64,000 nucleotides of DNA, from NCBI GenBank assembly GCA_012270975.1, contig JAAXHH010000141.1, positions 343,089-407,088 of the forward strand. Reading direction: 5' to 3'. This DNA is from Candidatus Latescibacterota bacterium (GTDB taxonomy: Bacteria > JAAXHH01). Both the position numbers and the translations under genes were made by a program. Positions within the stretch are counted from its first letter, which is position 1. Every line of letters begins with the position of its first letter. Under the pieces are notes generated by a model that searched no databases, was not told where the DNA came from, and saw only the letters and a program-made list of their open reading frames with translations. Positions 55,118 through 63,476 of the stretch are shown here, in pieces.

Positions 55118-56344
55118 ATGGCTTTCGACCTGGTTCTGTCAGGTGCGACGATCGTCGATCCATCCCAACAGAAGAATGAGAAGGGTGACATAGGGATCAG
55201 AAACGGTAAAATAGCGGCGGTTTCCGATCATCTCGAACCCGACGCGCGTACGACCATCGACGTATCGGGCAAGTATCTTACGCCCGGCTGGATCGATCTG
55301 CACGCCCACGTATACGCCGGCGCCACCACCTTCGGCATCAAGGCCGACGCCCTCTGTCTGGCGACCGGGGTAACGACCATCGTGGACGCCGGGAGCCCGG
55401 GATGGACCAACCTGCGTGGCTTCCTCGAGTACATCATAGAACCGTCCCGGACCGAAGTGCTCACCTTCGTCCACATCAGCAGCATCGGACTACTGAATTC
55501 CATGCGCGGCGAGATGGAGGACATCAATAACGCCGATCCCGAACACACGGCCCGGGTTATTTCCATGTGGCCGCAGCACTGCGTTGGCGTGAAGGTCCGG
55601 CAGGGGGCCTTCCAGGTGGGTAGTCACGGTGTGGAACCGCTCCGGCGGGCTATCGAAGCCGCCGAAATGGTGGACACCCGGGTCATGGTCCATATCGACA
55701 AGGGCGTCGCCCTTCCAAGTATCCTGGAATTGCTTCGTCCGGGCGATGTCGTGACCCACTGCTACCAGGGCAAGGGCGATCATATCATCGGCGACGACGA
55801 CCGGGTGATCCCGGAGGTATATGACGCAAGAAAGCGTGGCGTGTACTTCGACCTGGGTCATGGCGCCGGTAGTTTTCACTACGGGATCGCGAAAAGGGCG
55901 GTCGAACTGGGTTTTCTGTCCGACGTGATCAGTACGGATCTGCACGTCTACAGCCTGAGATCCCCGGTGCACAGCCTTCCCGAAACGGCGTCGAAACTGC
56001 TGAATATGGGTCTGGATTTCGAGGAGATCGTCCGCCAGACGACCATGAATCCCGCGGGCGTCCTGAACCGATCGGACGAAATCGGAACGCTTAAGGTGGG
56101 AAGCGTCGCGGATATCGCCGTTTTCAGCGTTGAAGAAGGCTATTATACGTTTACCGACGCCCACGGCCGGCAGGAAACTGGACCCAGCATGATCACTCCG
56201 CACCTTACTGTGCGGGACGGACAGGTATACTATCCGGAGGATGTGAAAGACGAGGTCGCGGAAACGGTGCGCCGAGCCGAAGAAATGGTGGGGATTACCG
56301 GGGTTCCCTACGGGGCCATACGGGACATCAAGAAGGTGCGGTGA
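55118..56344 (+). CDS. amidohydrolase superfamily metallohydrolase (dihydroorotase/deacetylase-like)
   Basis: 408 aa. DLVLSGATIVDP...G.I.I.NGKIAAV.., metal motif GWIDLHAHVY, later ..HCYQGKG.. and ..SDVISTDLH... Confidence 0.8.
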   Translation: MAFDLVLSGATIVDPSQQKNEKGDIGIRNGKIAAVSDHLEPDARTTIDVSGKYLTPGWIDLHAHVYAGATTFGIKADALCLATGVTTIVDAGSPGWTNLRGFLEYIIEPSRTEVLTFVHISSIGLLNSMRGEMEDINNADPEHTARVISMWPQHCVGVKVRQGAFQVGSHGVEPLRRAIEAAEMVDTRVMVHIDKGVALPSILELLRPGDVVTHCYQGKGDHIIGDDDRVIPEVYDARKRGVYFDLGHGAGSFHYGIAKRAVELGFLSDVISTDLHVYSLRSPVHSLPETASKLLNMGLDFEEIVRQTTMNPAGVLNRSDEIGTLKVGSVADIAVFSVEEGYYTFTDAHGRQETGPSMITPHLTVRDGQVYYPEDVKDEVAETVRRAEEMVGITGVPYGAIRDIKKVR

Positions 56345-56405
56345 ACACCGTTTTTGCGCGTATCGCAGAGCAACAATTGCTCGTTTCTATGTCGTAATTA
56401 ATTAT

Positions 56406-56420
56406 AGTGCGATTCGTACT
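56406..56420. promoter_or_regulatory. 15-bp palindrome AGTGCGAtTCGTACT (copy 1 of 3)
   Basis: Inverted repeat with a single central base. It shares the core CGATTCGTA with the copies at 56572 and 56673. Confidence 0.45.
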
Positions 56421-56571
56421 ATATATTTTTAAAATAATTTTATAAATACTGTTACAGACAATACTAAAGCGATCCCGGATGAAAACAGATGAAAGGAGCA
56501 GACCGAACGGACGGAAGGGCAGAAGGGACGCGAATGGAGAAGAATGAAGGATGGCGCTGCGAATGAACGAT

Positions 56572-56586
56572 AGTACGATTCGTATC
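56572..56586. promoter_or_regulatory. palindrome AGTACGAtTCGTATC (copy 2 of 3)
   Basis: Core TACGA-T-TCGTA is a perfect inverted repeat. Confidence 0.45.
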
Positions 56587-56672
56587 AAACAATAACGTGA
56601 TGAGACGAACAGGCGGACAAAGGAGATGGAGGAGGGAAACGAGGAAAGAACGAGCGTATTTTCAAATGAATT

Positions 56673-56687
56673 AGTACGATTCGTATT
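56673..56687. promoter_or_regulatory. palindrome AGTACGAtTCGTATT (copy 3 of 3)
   Basis: Core TACGA-T-TCGTA is a perfect inverted repeat. It lies about 150 nt upstream of the enolase-family gene start. Confidence 0.45.
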
Positions 56688-56833
56688 GATAGATTTCAAC
56701 TGGTTGGACATGAACAAAAACAAAAACCCAGAAAAGAGGAAAAACGGGGGTACGCAGGACTCATGGGAAAACCAGACAGGAATAAGTACCTGAATCCAAC
56801 TCCAAAACCATTCCCTAGGGAGGCTTGCCTCGA

Positions 56834-57985
56834 ATGAAACCCACCATCACGAAACTGGAAACCATAGCCTTTCAATACACTATTGAAAACATGGGCGTGG
56901 ACTACAACGGATTCAACCTGGTGTACGAGAAAGGCGGCAGGCGCAAGCTTGGCGGTGGCCTGTTGCGGATACACACGAATCTCGGTATCGTCGGCGAGTA
57001 CCTGGGCGGCCCTTCGCCCTCGGGCCCGGCGGTCCAGTACCTGCTGGGCAGCAATCCCTTCGAGCGTGAGAAGATCTATAACGATCTGAAGCGCGGCCTG
57101 CGGCACTCCGACCGGACCCAGATCGGAGCAGTGGACGTGGCGCTATGGGACTTCGCGGGCAAGTACTACAACGCGCCCGTTTACCAACTGCTGGGCGGTT
57201 TCAGGACGTCTCTGCCAGCATACGCCAGCACGTACCACGGTGACGAAAACGGCGGCCTGCACACGCCCGAGGCCTTCGCGGACTTCGCCGAACAGTGCCG
57301 GGACCTGGGATACCGCGCCTTCAAGATCCACGGCTGGGGCAACGCCCCCATCGAGCGGGAGGTCGCCAACGTTCGCGTCACCGGGAAGCGCGTTGGGGAC
57401 GACATGGACCTCATGATCGATCCCGCATGCGAATACAATACCTGGGCGGATGCGCTGAAGGTGGGCCGCGCCTGCGACGAAGCCGGATTCTTCTGGCTGG
57501 AGGATGCCTACAAGGACGGCGGCGTGTCCATATTCGGCCACAAGAAGTTGCGGGAACACATCACCACGCCGATTCTGCAGACCGAGCATATCTTTGGCCT
57601 GGAACAACACGTCGATTTCGTCGTCAACGGTGGAACGGATTTCCTGCGTTCCGGGGTCTACGAGGACGGTGGCATCACCGGCGTGATGAAGATCGCCCAC
57701 GCGGCCGAGGGACTCGGGCTGGACGTGGAACTCCACGGCGGCGGACTCGCACACAGGCACATCATGGCTTCCGTCCGGAACAGCAACTACTACGAGTTCG
57801 GTCTCGTACATCCCGGTATCAAGACGACCAAGCCGCACGTTTACGCGCCCGAATTTACGGATGAACTGGAAAACATCGATTCGAACGGATGCGTCCCCGT
57901 CCCTCAGGGCCCGGGTCTCGGCGCCGAGATCGACCGGGATTGGATCGAGGCGCACCAGGTCAACACGATCGTGCACGAGGCGTAG
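56834..57985 (+). CDS. mandelate racemase / muconate lactonizing enzyme family (enolase superfamily) protein
   Basis: AFKIHGWG, DLMIDPACEYN, FWLEDAY and ..TEHIF.. form the metal-ligand pattern. Start set at ATG 56834 (GGGAGG 10 nt upstream). The track ORF starts at TTG 56825. Confidence 0.8.
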   Translation: MKPTITKLETIAFQYTIENMGVDYNGFNLVYEKGGRRKLGGGLLRIHTNLGIVGEYLGGPSPSGPAVQYLLGSNPFEREKIYNDLKRGLRHSDRTQIGAVDVALWDFAGKYYNAPVYQLLGGFRTSLPAYASTYHGDENGGLHTPEAFADFAEQCRDLGYRAFKIHGWGNAPIEREVANVRVTGKRVGDDMDLMIDPACEYNTWADALKVGRACDEAGFFWLEDAYKDGGVSIFGHKKLREHITTPILQTEHIFGLEQHVDFVVNGGTDFLRSGVYEDGGITGVMKIAHAAEGLGLDVELHGGGLAHRHIMASVRNSNYYEFGLVHPGIKTTKPHVYAPEFTDELENIDSNGCVPVPQGPGLGAEIDRDWIEAHQVNTIVHEA

Positions 57986-58054
57986 GAGGAAGGGAGGCGC
58001 GGTCGCGCAAAAGGCGTTGGCGGACGGGAGTAGTGATCGCGCCCTCACCCGCTT

Positions 58055-58918
58055 CTACACGCCGGCCAGTATTTCCCGCACCCGCTTGACGACCTGCTTC
58101 TCGTCGCGGGTCATCTTCTCCAGCTCGTACATGTCATCCGACAGTTTATCGCGGTGTTCCTCCAGCGGATACAGGTGGGGCAGGTCGAAAAACCAGCTGA
58201 AGACGTATCGCTGGAAGATGTTGAGACGGGGATAGTCCTCGGTCCACTGACTGGCGTTGTGAAGCAGGCGTGTAGAGAAGATGATGACGTCTCCCGCCTT
58301 CATGGGGATCGTGATCGATATGGGAGGATCGTGCTCGACGGCCAGGCCGTCCGGCTCGGGAACCGTGGATTTGTGGCTGCCGGGCACCAGGCAGAATCCC
58401 GTGCCCGGCGGCACGTCGGCCAGGGCGATCCAGGTAGCCAGGTGGCTGCAATAGATCTCGCCGTCCGCCACCTGGAAATCGTTGTTCGGATTGCGGAATC
58501 CATGGGTGACCTTGACCCCGTCGTCATCCCGGTGAAATCGCAGTTCTTCCGGTCCCTTGACCATGCGGGTGAATACGCAGTGCATGAGACGGGGACAACC
58601 CCAGGTCAAACCGGCCACCACGCGGATGATCTCCGGGTTCATGTTGAGCCGCTGGAAGATCTCGTGGCCGTAGTGGATATGGCCGATATGGGTCTTGCTC
58701 GGCTCCTGACGCCCCCGCTTCAATGGGGCCGGGAGATCCTTCTCGTCCGCAGTCAGCCAGCCGTCCAGGACCGGCCTCATCACGTCCAGGTCGGCTTCCG
58801 GTACGACATTGCGCAGCAACAGGTAGCCCTGCAGTTCGAAATGCCACTTCTCTTCCGATGTCAGGAAGAACACCGGCGTCTGCGCTCCGATTCCGTTCCC
58901 CTGTTCACCTGGTTTCAC
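58055..58918 (-). CDS. phytanoyl-CoA dioxygenase (PhyH) family oxygenase
   Basis: 287 aa. F.LQGYLLLRNV.., FHRDDDG (HxD), LVPGSHKS and ..FSTRLLHNASQ. Confidence 0.75.
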   Translation of the reverse strand: MKPGEQGNGIGAQTPVFFLTSEEKWHFELQGYLLLRNVVPEADLDVMRPVLDGWLTADEKDLPAPLKRGRQEPSKTHIGHIHYGHEIFQRLNMNPEIIRVVAGLTWGCPRLMHCVFTRMVKGPEELRFHRDDDGVKVTHGFRNPNNDFQVADGEIYCSHLATWIALADVPPGTGFCLVPGSHKSTVPEPDGLAVEHDPPISITIPMKAGDVIIFSTRLLHNASQWTEDYPRLNIFQRYVFSWFFDLPHLYPLEEHRDKLSDDMYELEKMTRDEKQVVKRVREILAGV

Positions 58919-58981
58919 GTTACCGATCCCCTGTCAGCCGCGCGCCAACTTCCGGACGCCATGTGACCACCCGCAACGCAA

Positions 58982-59761
58982 TCACGCGCCAGGTATCGCG
59001 TCCAGGTCCTTGCTGCACTGCTCGAGCACTTTCATCAGGTTAAAATCCCCGCCCCAGGGTACGAGACTGGCGCCCAGGCCACGGTAATGGGCGACCTGTT
59101 CGGGGCTGCCTGCCGTGATTCCCCAGGCCTTGCCGTGTCGTTCGGCCGCGTCCGACACCCGGGAAATTGCATCGTCCAGCGTCCAGCTGACGTTGGGATC
59201 TGTCTCCAGTCGGTGCGTCAGGTCGGCGGGACCAATGAAGACCACGTCAATACCCTCCACGGCCGCGATGTCATCCACGTTGCGCAGGCCTTCCACGGTC
59301 TCGATCTGACAGACGATGAAGGTCTCCTGATTGGCGTCCTCGAAATAAGTCGACCCCTCTTTCCATACCTCGATCCCAAAATCACCGTCGATGCCGGCAC
59401 CGTCGATCCCCCGGTTGCCCAGGGGCGGGAACTTCGTGCAGTCGACGACGTGACGCGCTATGTCCTCAGTGGACATGAAGGGAATCATGAAGCCCGTGGC
59501 GCCGTCTTCCAGGTAGCGGTACAACCGGGTTCTTTGCAGAGTCGGAGGACGCACCATGCAATCGATATCGTGCTGCCGGCACATGGCCAGGATCGACTGG
59601 ACCTCCCGGGAATCCATCGCACGGTGTTCAAGGTCGAACCAGAGACCGTCGTATTTGAAATGGGCGGCATAGCGAATGTAAAAAGGCAGATAGTGGCCGA
59701 GACCAGCCATCCGGACGAAGCCGGTGGAGCGAAGCTTGGAGAGGACCTTACTCTTGCGCAT
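58982..59761 (-). CDS. HpcH/HpaI family (class II) aldolase
   Basis: 259 aa. ..YDGLWFDLEHRAM.., ..VRPP.., QIETVEGLRNVDDIAAVEGIDVVFIGPADL. Confidence 0.85.
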   Translation of the reverse strand: MRKSKVLSKLRSTGFVRMAGLGHYLPFYIRYAAHFKYDGLWFDLEHRAMDSREVQSILAMCRQHDIDCMVRPPTLQRTRLYRYLEDGATGFMIPFMSTEDIARHVVDCTKFPPLGNRGIDGAGIDGDFGIEVWKEGSTYFEDANQETFIVCQIETVEGLRNVDDIAAVEGIDVVFIGPADLTHRLETDPNVSWTLDDAISRVSDAAERHGKAWGITAGSPEQVAHYRGLGASLVPWGGDFNLMKVLEQCSKDLDAIPGA

Positions 59762-60311
59762 GCCGGATCCTTTCGGGAGGGATGTGGATTCTCAAATGAC
59801 AGACACAACATGATGGTTAGAACTTAATCGTATTGGGGGTATATTCAACACATTGCTCTGTATTAATGCATATGTGTTTAGCTGTTTTATCTAACTAATA
59901 CAAACTACGTAACAACTAGAACCTAGTAAATTAGGATGTGTTTTCTAGCTCTTCGATACGCCTACTAAAGCACGTCATGCAATCTTTCGAATAGTCATGG
60001 TATTTACAAAGCTAACAGAACTTAATTCAGATAGAAACGGTCCTTAAATGTAATCTTAACTCACGAAACTAGATTGGGAATTTGGCAGACCTTTTGGCCA
60101 GAACGTAATGTTTTGACTAAAGCAACTAACGAAACTTTTTAATACCCTTGACCTTGTAAGAAAACGGAGCACGATTTGCCGATTTATGTAATAAACTAGA
60201 ATCAATAAAGAGGAGTAAAATCCCGGCACTGAACGCATAGCCAGATGCGCTACGCCAAGTCCATATTGTGATACTAGCATATTAACTTTGCTTGACGGCT
60301 GGATCAGTAGA

Positions 60312-60327
60312 ATCTAACAGTAGTCTG
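60312..60327 (+). repeat. left copy of split direct repeat ATCTAAC-AGTAGTCTG
   Basis: ATCTAACAGTAGTCTG lies about 100 nt upstream of the orphan gene. The same two blocks recur at 61627-61649 with a 7-nt insertion. Confidence 0.55.
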
Positions 60328-60429
60328 GGATTTTGGTATTTTATGTCCTACTATAAATAACCGGCACTCATACATACCAGTGATACTGCCCAAAAAATGA
60401 ATTGTTGGCAGTCCAGACGGAGATTGACA

Positions 60430-61428
60430 ATGCCAGACGAGATCAGTTGCCCAATCTGGGGATCCCAAGCAATCAGTGACGAGTCCAGTTTCGGAGACTA
60501 TACCTGCGTAGATTCCGCTCGTGCGGGCGGAAAGTATTGGATTGATGGCAGGAGCATGCAGGTTTTCACGAATTGGAACAGCTTACCTTATTCGGAAGAA
60601 AGAAATCGGAAGAAAGCCCGTTTGACAAGTTGGTTAATCAACCAACGCCGATTGGGAGTTACACGACCACAAATCCACGTTTACGAAATTGAAGAGGTAT
60701 TCAGGCGTCCAGACATGTCAGTCCACGCACGAGCAGACCAGTTATTGAAGTACATTCAGGGGAAATCAGCTTACATTGGGTCTCGATTAGAACTACCTAA
60801 AAATGACGAAGAGCCCTTTGGGCAGGAATTGTTTGCTTACACAGAAAGTACCAATAGCTACGAATTGGTTTTCTTGTTAAACTTCTTGGTGGCCCAGAAT
60901 TGGCTGAACGAGATATCTGAAACTTTTGGTTATGTAGAAGTTGAGATAACAGTCGACGGTTTTTCACGCCTTGCCGAGGTGGATAATGAAGTCTCCATCT
61001 CATCTCGTGCTTTCGTAGCCATGTGGTTCCATGAATCCACGAATCAGGCCTGGGAAGCCGGAATAAAACCCGGTATCGAAGACTCAGGTTATGAAGCGGT
61101 TCGCATCGATCGACAAGAACACGTTAATAAAATCGACGACCAAATTATCGCTGAGATAAACAGATCGCGTTTTATTGTAGCAGACTTCACACAGGGGTCA
61201 GACGGAGCCCGTGGAGGTGTCTACTATGAAGCCGGATACGCTCACGGGCTTGGTCTACCTGTGATCTTTACCTGTCGAGAAGATGTCTTTGAAAACATTC
61301 ACTTCGATACGCGCCAGTACAATCACATCGTATGGGAAAACGTCGAAGATCTCAGAAGAAGCCTTTCGAATCGGATTTCTGCAGCAATTGGCGATGGACC
61401 CTATTCAACAAAAACATCCGCATCGTGA
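60430..61428 (+). CDS. AT-rich orphan protein: unrecognised N-terminal region plus C-terminal nucleoside 2-deoxyribosyltransferase/TIR-class Rossmann-like domain (tentative)
   Basis: The track ORF is 60397-61428. Start preferred at ATG 60430 (GGAG 7 nt upstream). C-terminus: RAFVAMWFHES..GIKPGIEDSGYEAVRID..IDDQIIAEINRSRFIVADFTQGSDGARGGVYYEAGYAHGLGLPVIFTCRED..HFDTRQYNHIVWEN. Codon composition is clearly more AT-rich than in neighbouring genes. Confidence 0.6.
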   Translation: MPDEISCPIWGSQAISDESSFGDYTCVDSARAGGKYWIDGRSMQVFTNWNSLPYSEERNRKKARLTSWLINQRRLGVTRPQIHVYEIEEVFRRPDMSVHARADQLLKYIQGKSAYIGSRLELPKNDEEPFGQELFAYTESTNSYELVFLLNFLVAQNWLNEISETFGYVEVEITVDGFSRLAEVDNEVSISSRAFVAMWFHESTNQAWEAGIKPGIEDSGYEAVRIDRQEHVNKIDDQIIAEINRSRFIVADFTQGSDGARGGVYYEAGYAHGLGLPVIFTCREDVFENIHFDTRQYNHIVWENVEDLRRSLSNRISAAIGDGPYSTKTSAS

Positions 61429-61626
61429 ATAAAGAACGATATTGGGAAATAGCGCAAGGAGTGAATAAGAATCTACTAGGAATTTGCAGAATAGTGGTAA
61501 AAACAGAGATCACTGGTAAAATAAACAGGATATTTCGTAGCATTCTACATCATACTACTTGAGAACTGTTCGTTAAAACCGGATTCACCGAACCTCTGAC
61601 ATGGCTCATAGTTGGTCCGACGCAAG

Positions 61627-61649
61627 ATCTAACAAAATGGAGTAGTCTG
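61627..61649 (+). repeat. right copy of split direct repeat ATCTAAC-aaaatgg-AGTAGTCTG
   Basis: It shares the 8-mer ATCTAACA and the 9-mer AGTAGTCTG, in the same order and orientation, with 60312-60327. It ends 12 nt before the ATG at 61661. Confidence 0.55.
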
Positions 61650-61660
61650 ACACACAACCG

Positions 61661-63409
61661 ATGACATCCCTTGCCATCACCACTCCGATGACACCCCCTG
61701 AATGGGCGCTCCTGCAGAAGGAATCCATGAAAGCCCAGGCCCGTGCCTGCGAATACTTCTACAGCCGATACTTCGATGAGCAAGGCTACATGCGCTGCGT
61801 GCCGCGCTGGGGCGGCGACGACGGACCCGACGACGCCATCGAGAACCTGACCGGTTGGCCCATTCTGTACATGCTGGGCGGACCGGAGAAACTGCTCGCC
61901 ATGAGCAATCTGGCGCAGGACGGCCATATCCAACAGTACACCGAGGCTAAGACGGTGGACGTGCCGTTTTGCCGGGACGGGATGTACTACAAGGAGTTTC
62001 CCGTCATGTTCGACTGGCTGCACAACGGCGAGAGCATGTCGGTTTTCGGGGATCTTGGCCTCTGCGACCCGGATGCGGAAGAATTTGAACGCCGGGTTCG
62101 ACTGTGGTCCGGATTCTACATGGACGACGATCCCGGGGCGCGGAACTACGACCCGGAACACCGGATCATCCGCAGCCTGTTCAACGGCAGCCGAGGGCCC
62201 ATGCTCCGCAAAGCCACGGCCCTGGACTGGACGGGGGATCCCATCGAGGAAGGCCGCTTCGTCTTGGCCCACGGTGAGCGCAACTACCAGGAGATGCTGG
62301 CCCATTTCAAGGACTACACCGACGTGGTCGGCGATCATCCCTCCAACATGCTGGCGACAGGACTCGCCTTCAACGCTTATGCACTGACGGGCGAAGACAG
62401 GTATCGAGACTGGATCCTGGAATACGTGGACGCCTGGGTAGAACGCACCCGCGAGAACGGCGGTATCATCCCATCCAACATCGGCCTGGACGGCGTGATC
62501 GGGAGCGCCTGCGACGGCAAGTGGTACGGAGGATGCTATGGGTGGGGGTTTACGACCGTCATACCGCAGAGCGGGGAACTTGCCCATCGAACCACGATTC
62601 CGCTCGGCCTGGCGGGCTTCAGTCACGCGCTGCTGCTGACCGGTGACCGATCCTACGTGGGGCCGTGGAGCCAGATGATCGACCTGATCAACGCAAACGC
62701 GCGAGAGGAGAACGGCGTTACGATGTACCCCAACAAGTACGGTGACGACGGATGGTACAACTTTACGCCGGAACCCTATAGTGTCGGTGCACTGGAGACC
62801 TGGTACTGGTCGATGTCGGAGGAAGCGCAGGCCCGCTGCGCCGATGATGCGTGGGTGCGTTATGTGTCCGGCGAGAATCCCGCATATCCGGAAGAAGCAT
62901 TGCAGGCCGACCTGGCGTCCGTCAGGCAAAACGTGGAATGGATTCGCAACGATCCGATGACGCCGGACACGCGCCTGTCCGACAACACGAACGGCTTCAA
63001 CCCCGCGACGCCGGGCACGCTGTTTCAGCAGACCATGGGCGGCCCCGAACCGAAACGCGCCCAGGCAGTCCATTGCATGTTCCGGTACTTCGATCCGGGA
63101 AGACGAAGGCCCGGGCTGCCGGAGGACGTGGCGGCCCTGGTCGACACGGTCGGCGAAGGGGAGTCCGCGGTGACTCTGATCAACCTGAACCCGGTAAATC
63201 ACGCGGACGTCATCATTCAGGGCGGCGCCTACCGGGAACACGCGTTGAAATCGGTTTCTTTGGAAAGCGAGGCTGTGGAAAAGGATAGGACGACCGTGGA
63301 AGTGGTCGGCGACTATCTCAAACTTCGCCTCGCGCCCGGCTCCGGGGCCCGCCTCGAGATCGCCATGGAACGATTTGCGAATCAGCCTAAGTTAGCGTTT
63401 CCCTGGTAG
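61661..63409 (+). CDS. hypothetical protein (582 aa), no family recognised
   Basis: The plus-strand translation has globular, Trp/Tyr/Asp-rich composition (..GWPILYMLGG.., ..DGKWYGGCYGWGFTT..). The competing minus-strand ORF 61550-63241 is Arg/Gly/Val/His-rich, as expected of an antisense shadow. Confidence 0.6.
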   Translation: MTSLAITTPMTPPEWALLQKESMKAQARACEYFYSRYFDEQGYMRCVPRWGGDDGPDDAIENLTGWPILYMLGGPEKLLAMSNLAQDGHIQQYTEAKTVDVPFCRDGMYYKEFPVMFDWLHNGESMSVFGDLGLCDPDAEEFERRVRLWSGFYMDDDPGARNYDPEHRIIRSLFNGSRGPMLRKATALDWTGDPIEEGRFVLAHGERNYQEMLAHFKDYTDVVGDHPSNMLATGLAFNAYALTGEDRYRDWILEYVDAWVERTRENGGIIPSNIGLDGVIGSACDGKWYGGCYGWGFTTVIPQSGELAHRTTIPLGLAGFSHALLLTGDRSYVGPWSQMIDLINANAREENGVTMYPNKYGDDGWYNFTPEPYSVGALETWYWSMSEEAQARCADDAWVRYVSGENPAYPEEALQADLASVRQNVEWIRNDPMTPDTRLSDNTNGFNPATPGTLFQQTMGGPEPKRAQAVHCMFRYFDPGRRRPGLPEDVAALVDTVGEGESAVTLINLNPVNHADVIIQGGAYREHALKSVSLESEAVEKDRTTVEVVGDYLKLRLAPGSGARLEIAMERFANQPKLAFPW

Positions 63410-63476
63410 CTGCTGCGCCAGCGACCAGCTCCCATCCGTCTTGACGGCGCATCGTACCGTCGAACCCGAACTTCCC

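Noticed and set aside
56328-56723. 131-aa minus-strand ORF (TTG start) in the AT-rich leader
   Set aside because: It is a low-complexity Ser/Phe/Leu/Ile-rich product of a pyrimidine-rich strand with a non-ATG start and no SD. The region is better explained as non-coding regulatory DNA.
59818-60028. 10-nt direct repeat AGAACTTAAT at about 59819 and 60017
   Set aside because: A single 10-mer match within about 600 bp of strongly AT-biased sequence is compatible with chance. No second block or symmetry supports it.
60056-60280. 74-aa minus-strand ORF upstream of the orphan gene
   Set aside because: No SD, a hydrophobic low-complexity product, and location in AT-rich spacer. I cannot exclude a small membrane protein, but there is no positive evidence for one.
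61550-63241. 563-aa minus-strand ORF competing with the 582-aa plus-strand ORF
   Set aside because: The minus product is Arg/Gly/Val/His/Pro-rich, with shadow-type composition. The plus product has balanced, aromatic-rich globular composition, so I kept the plus-strand gene.
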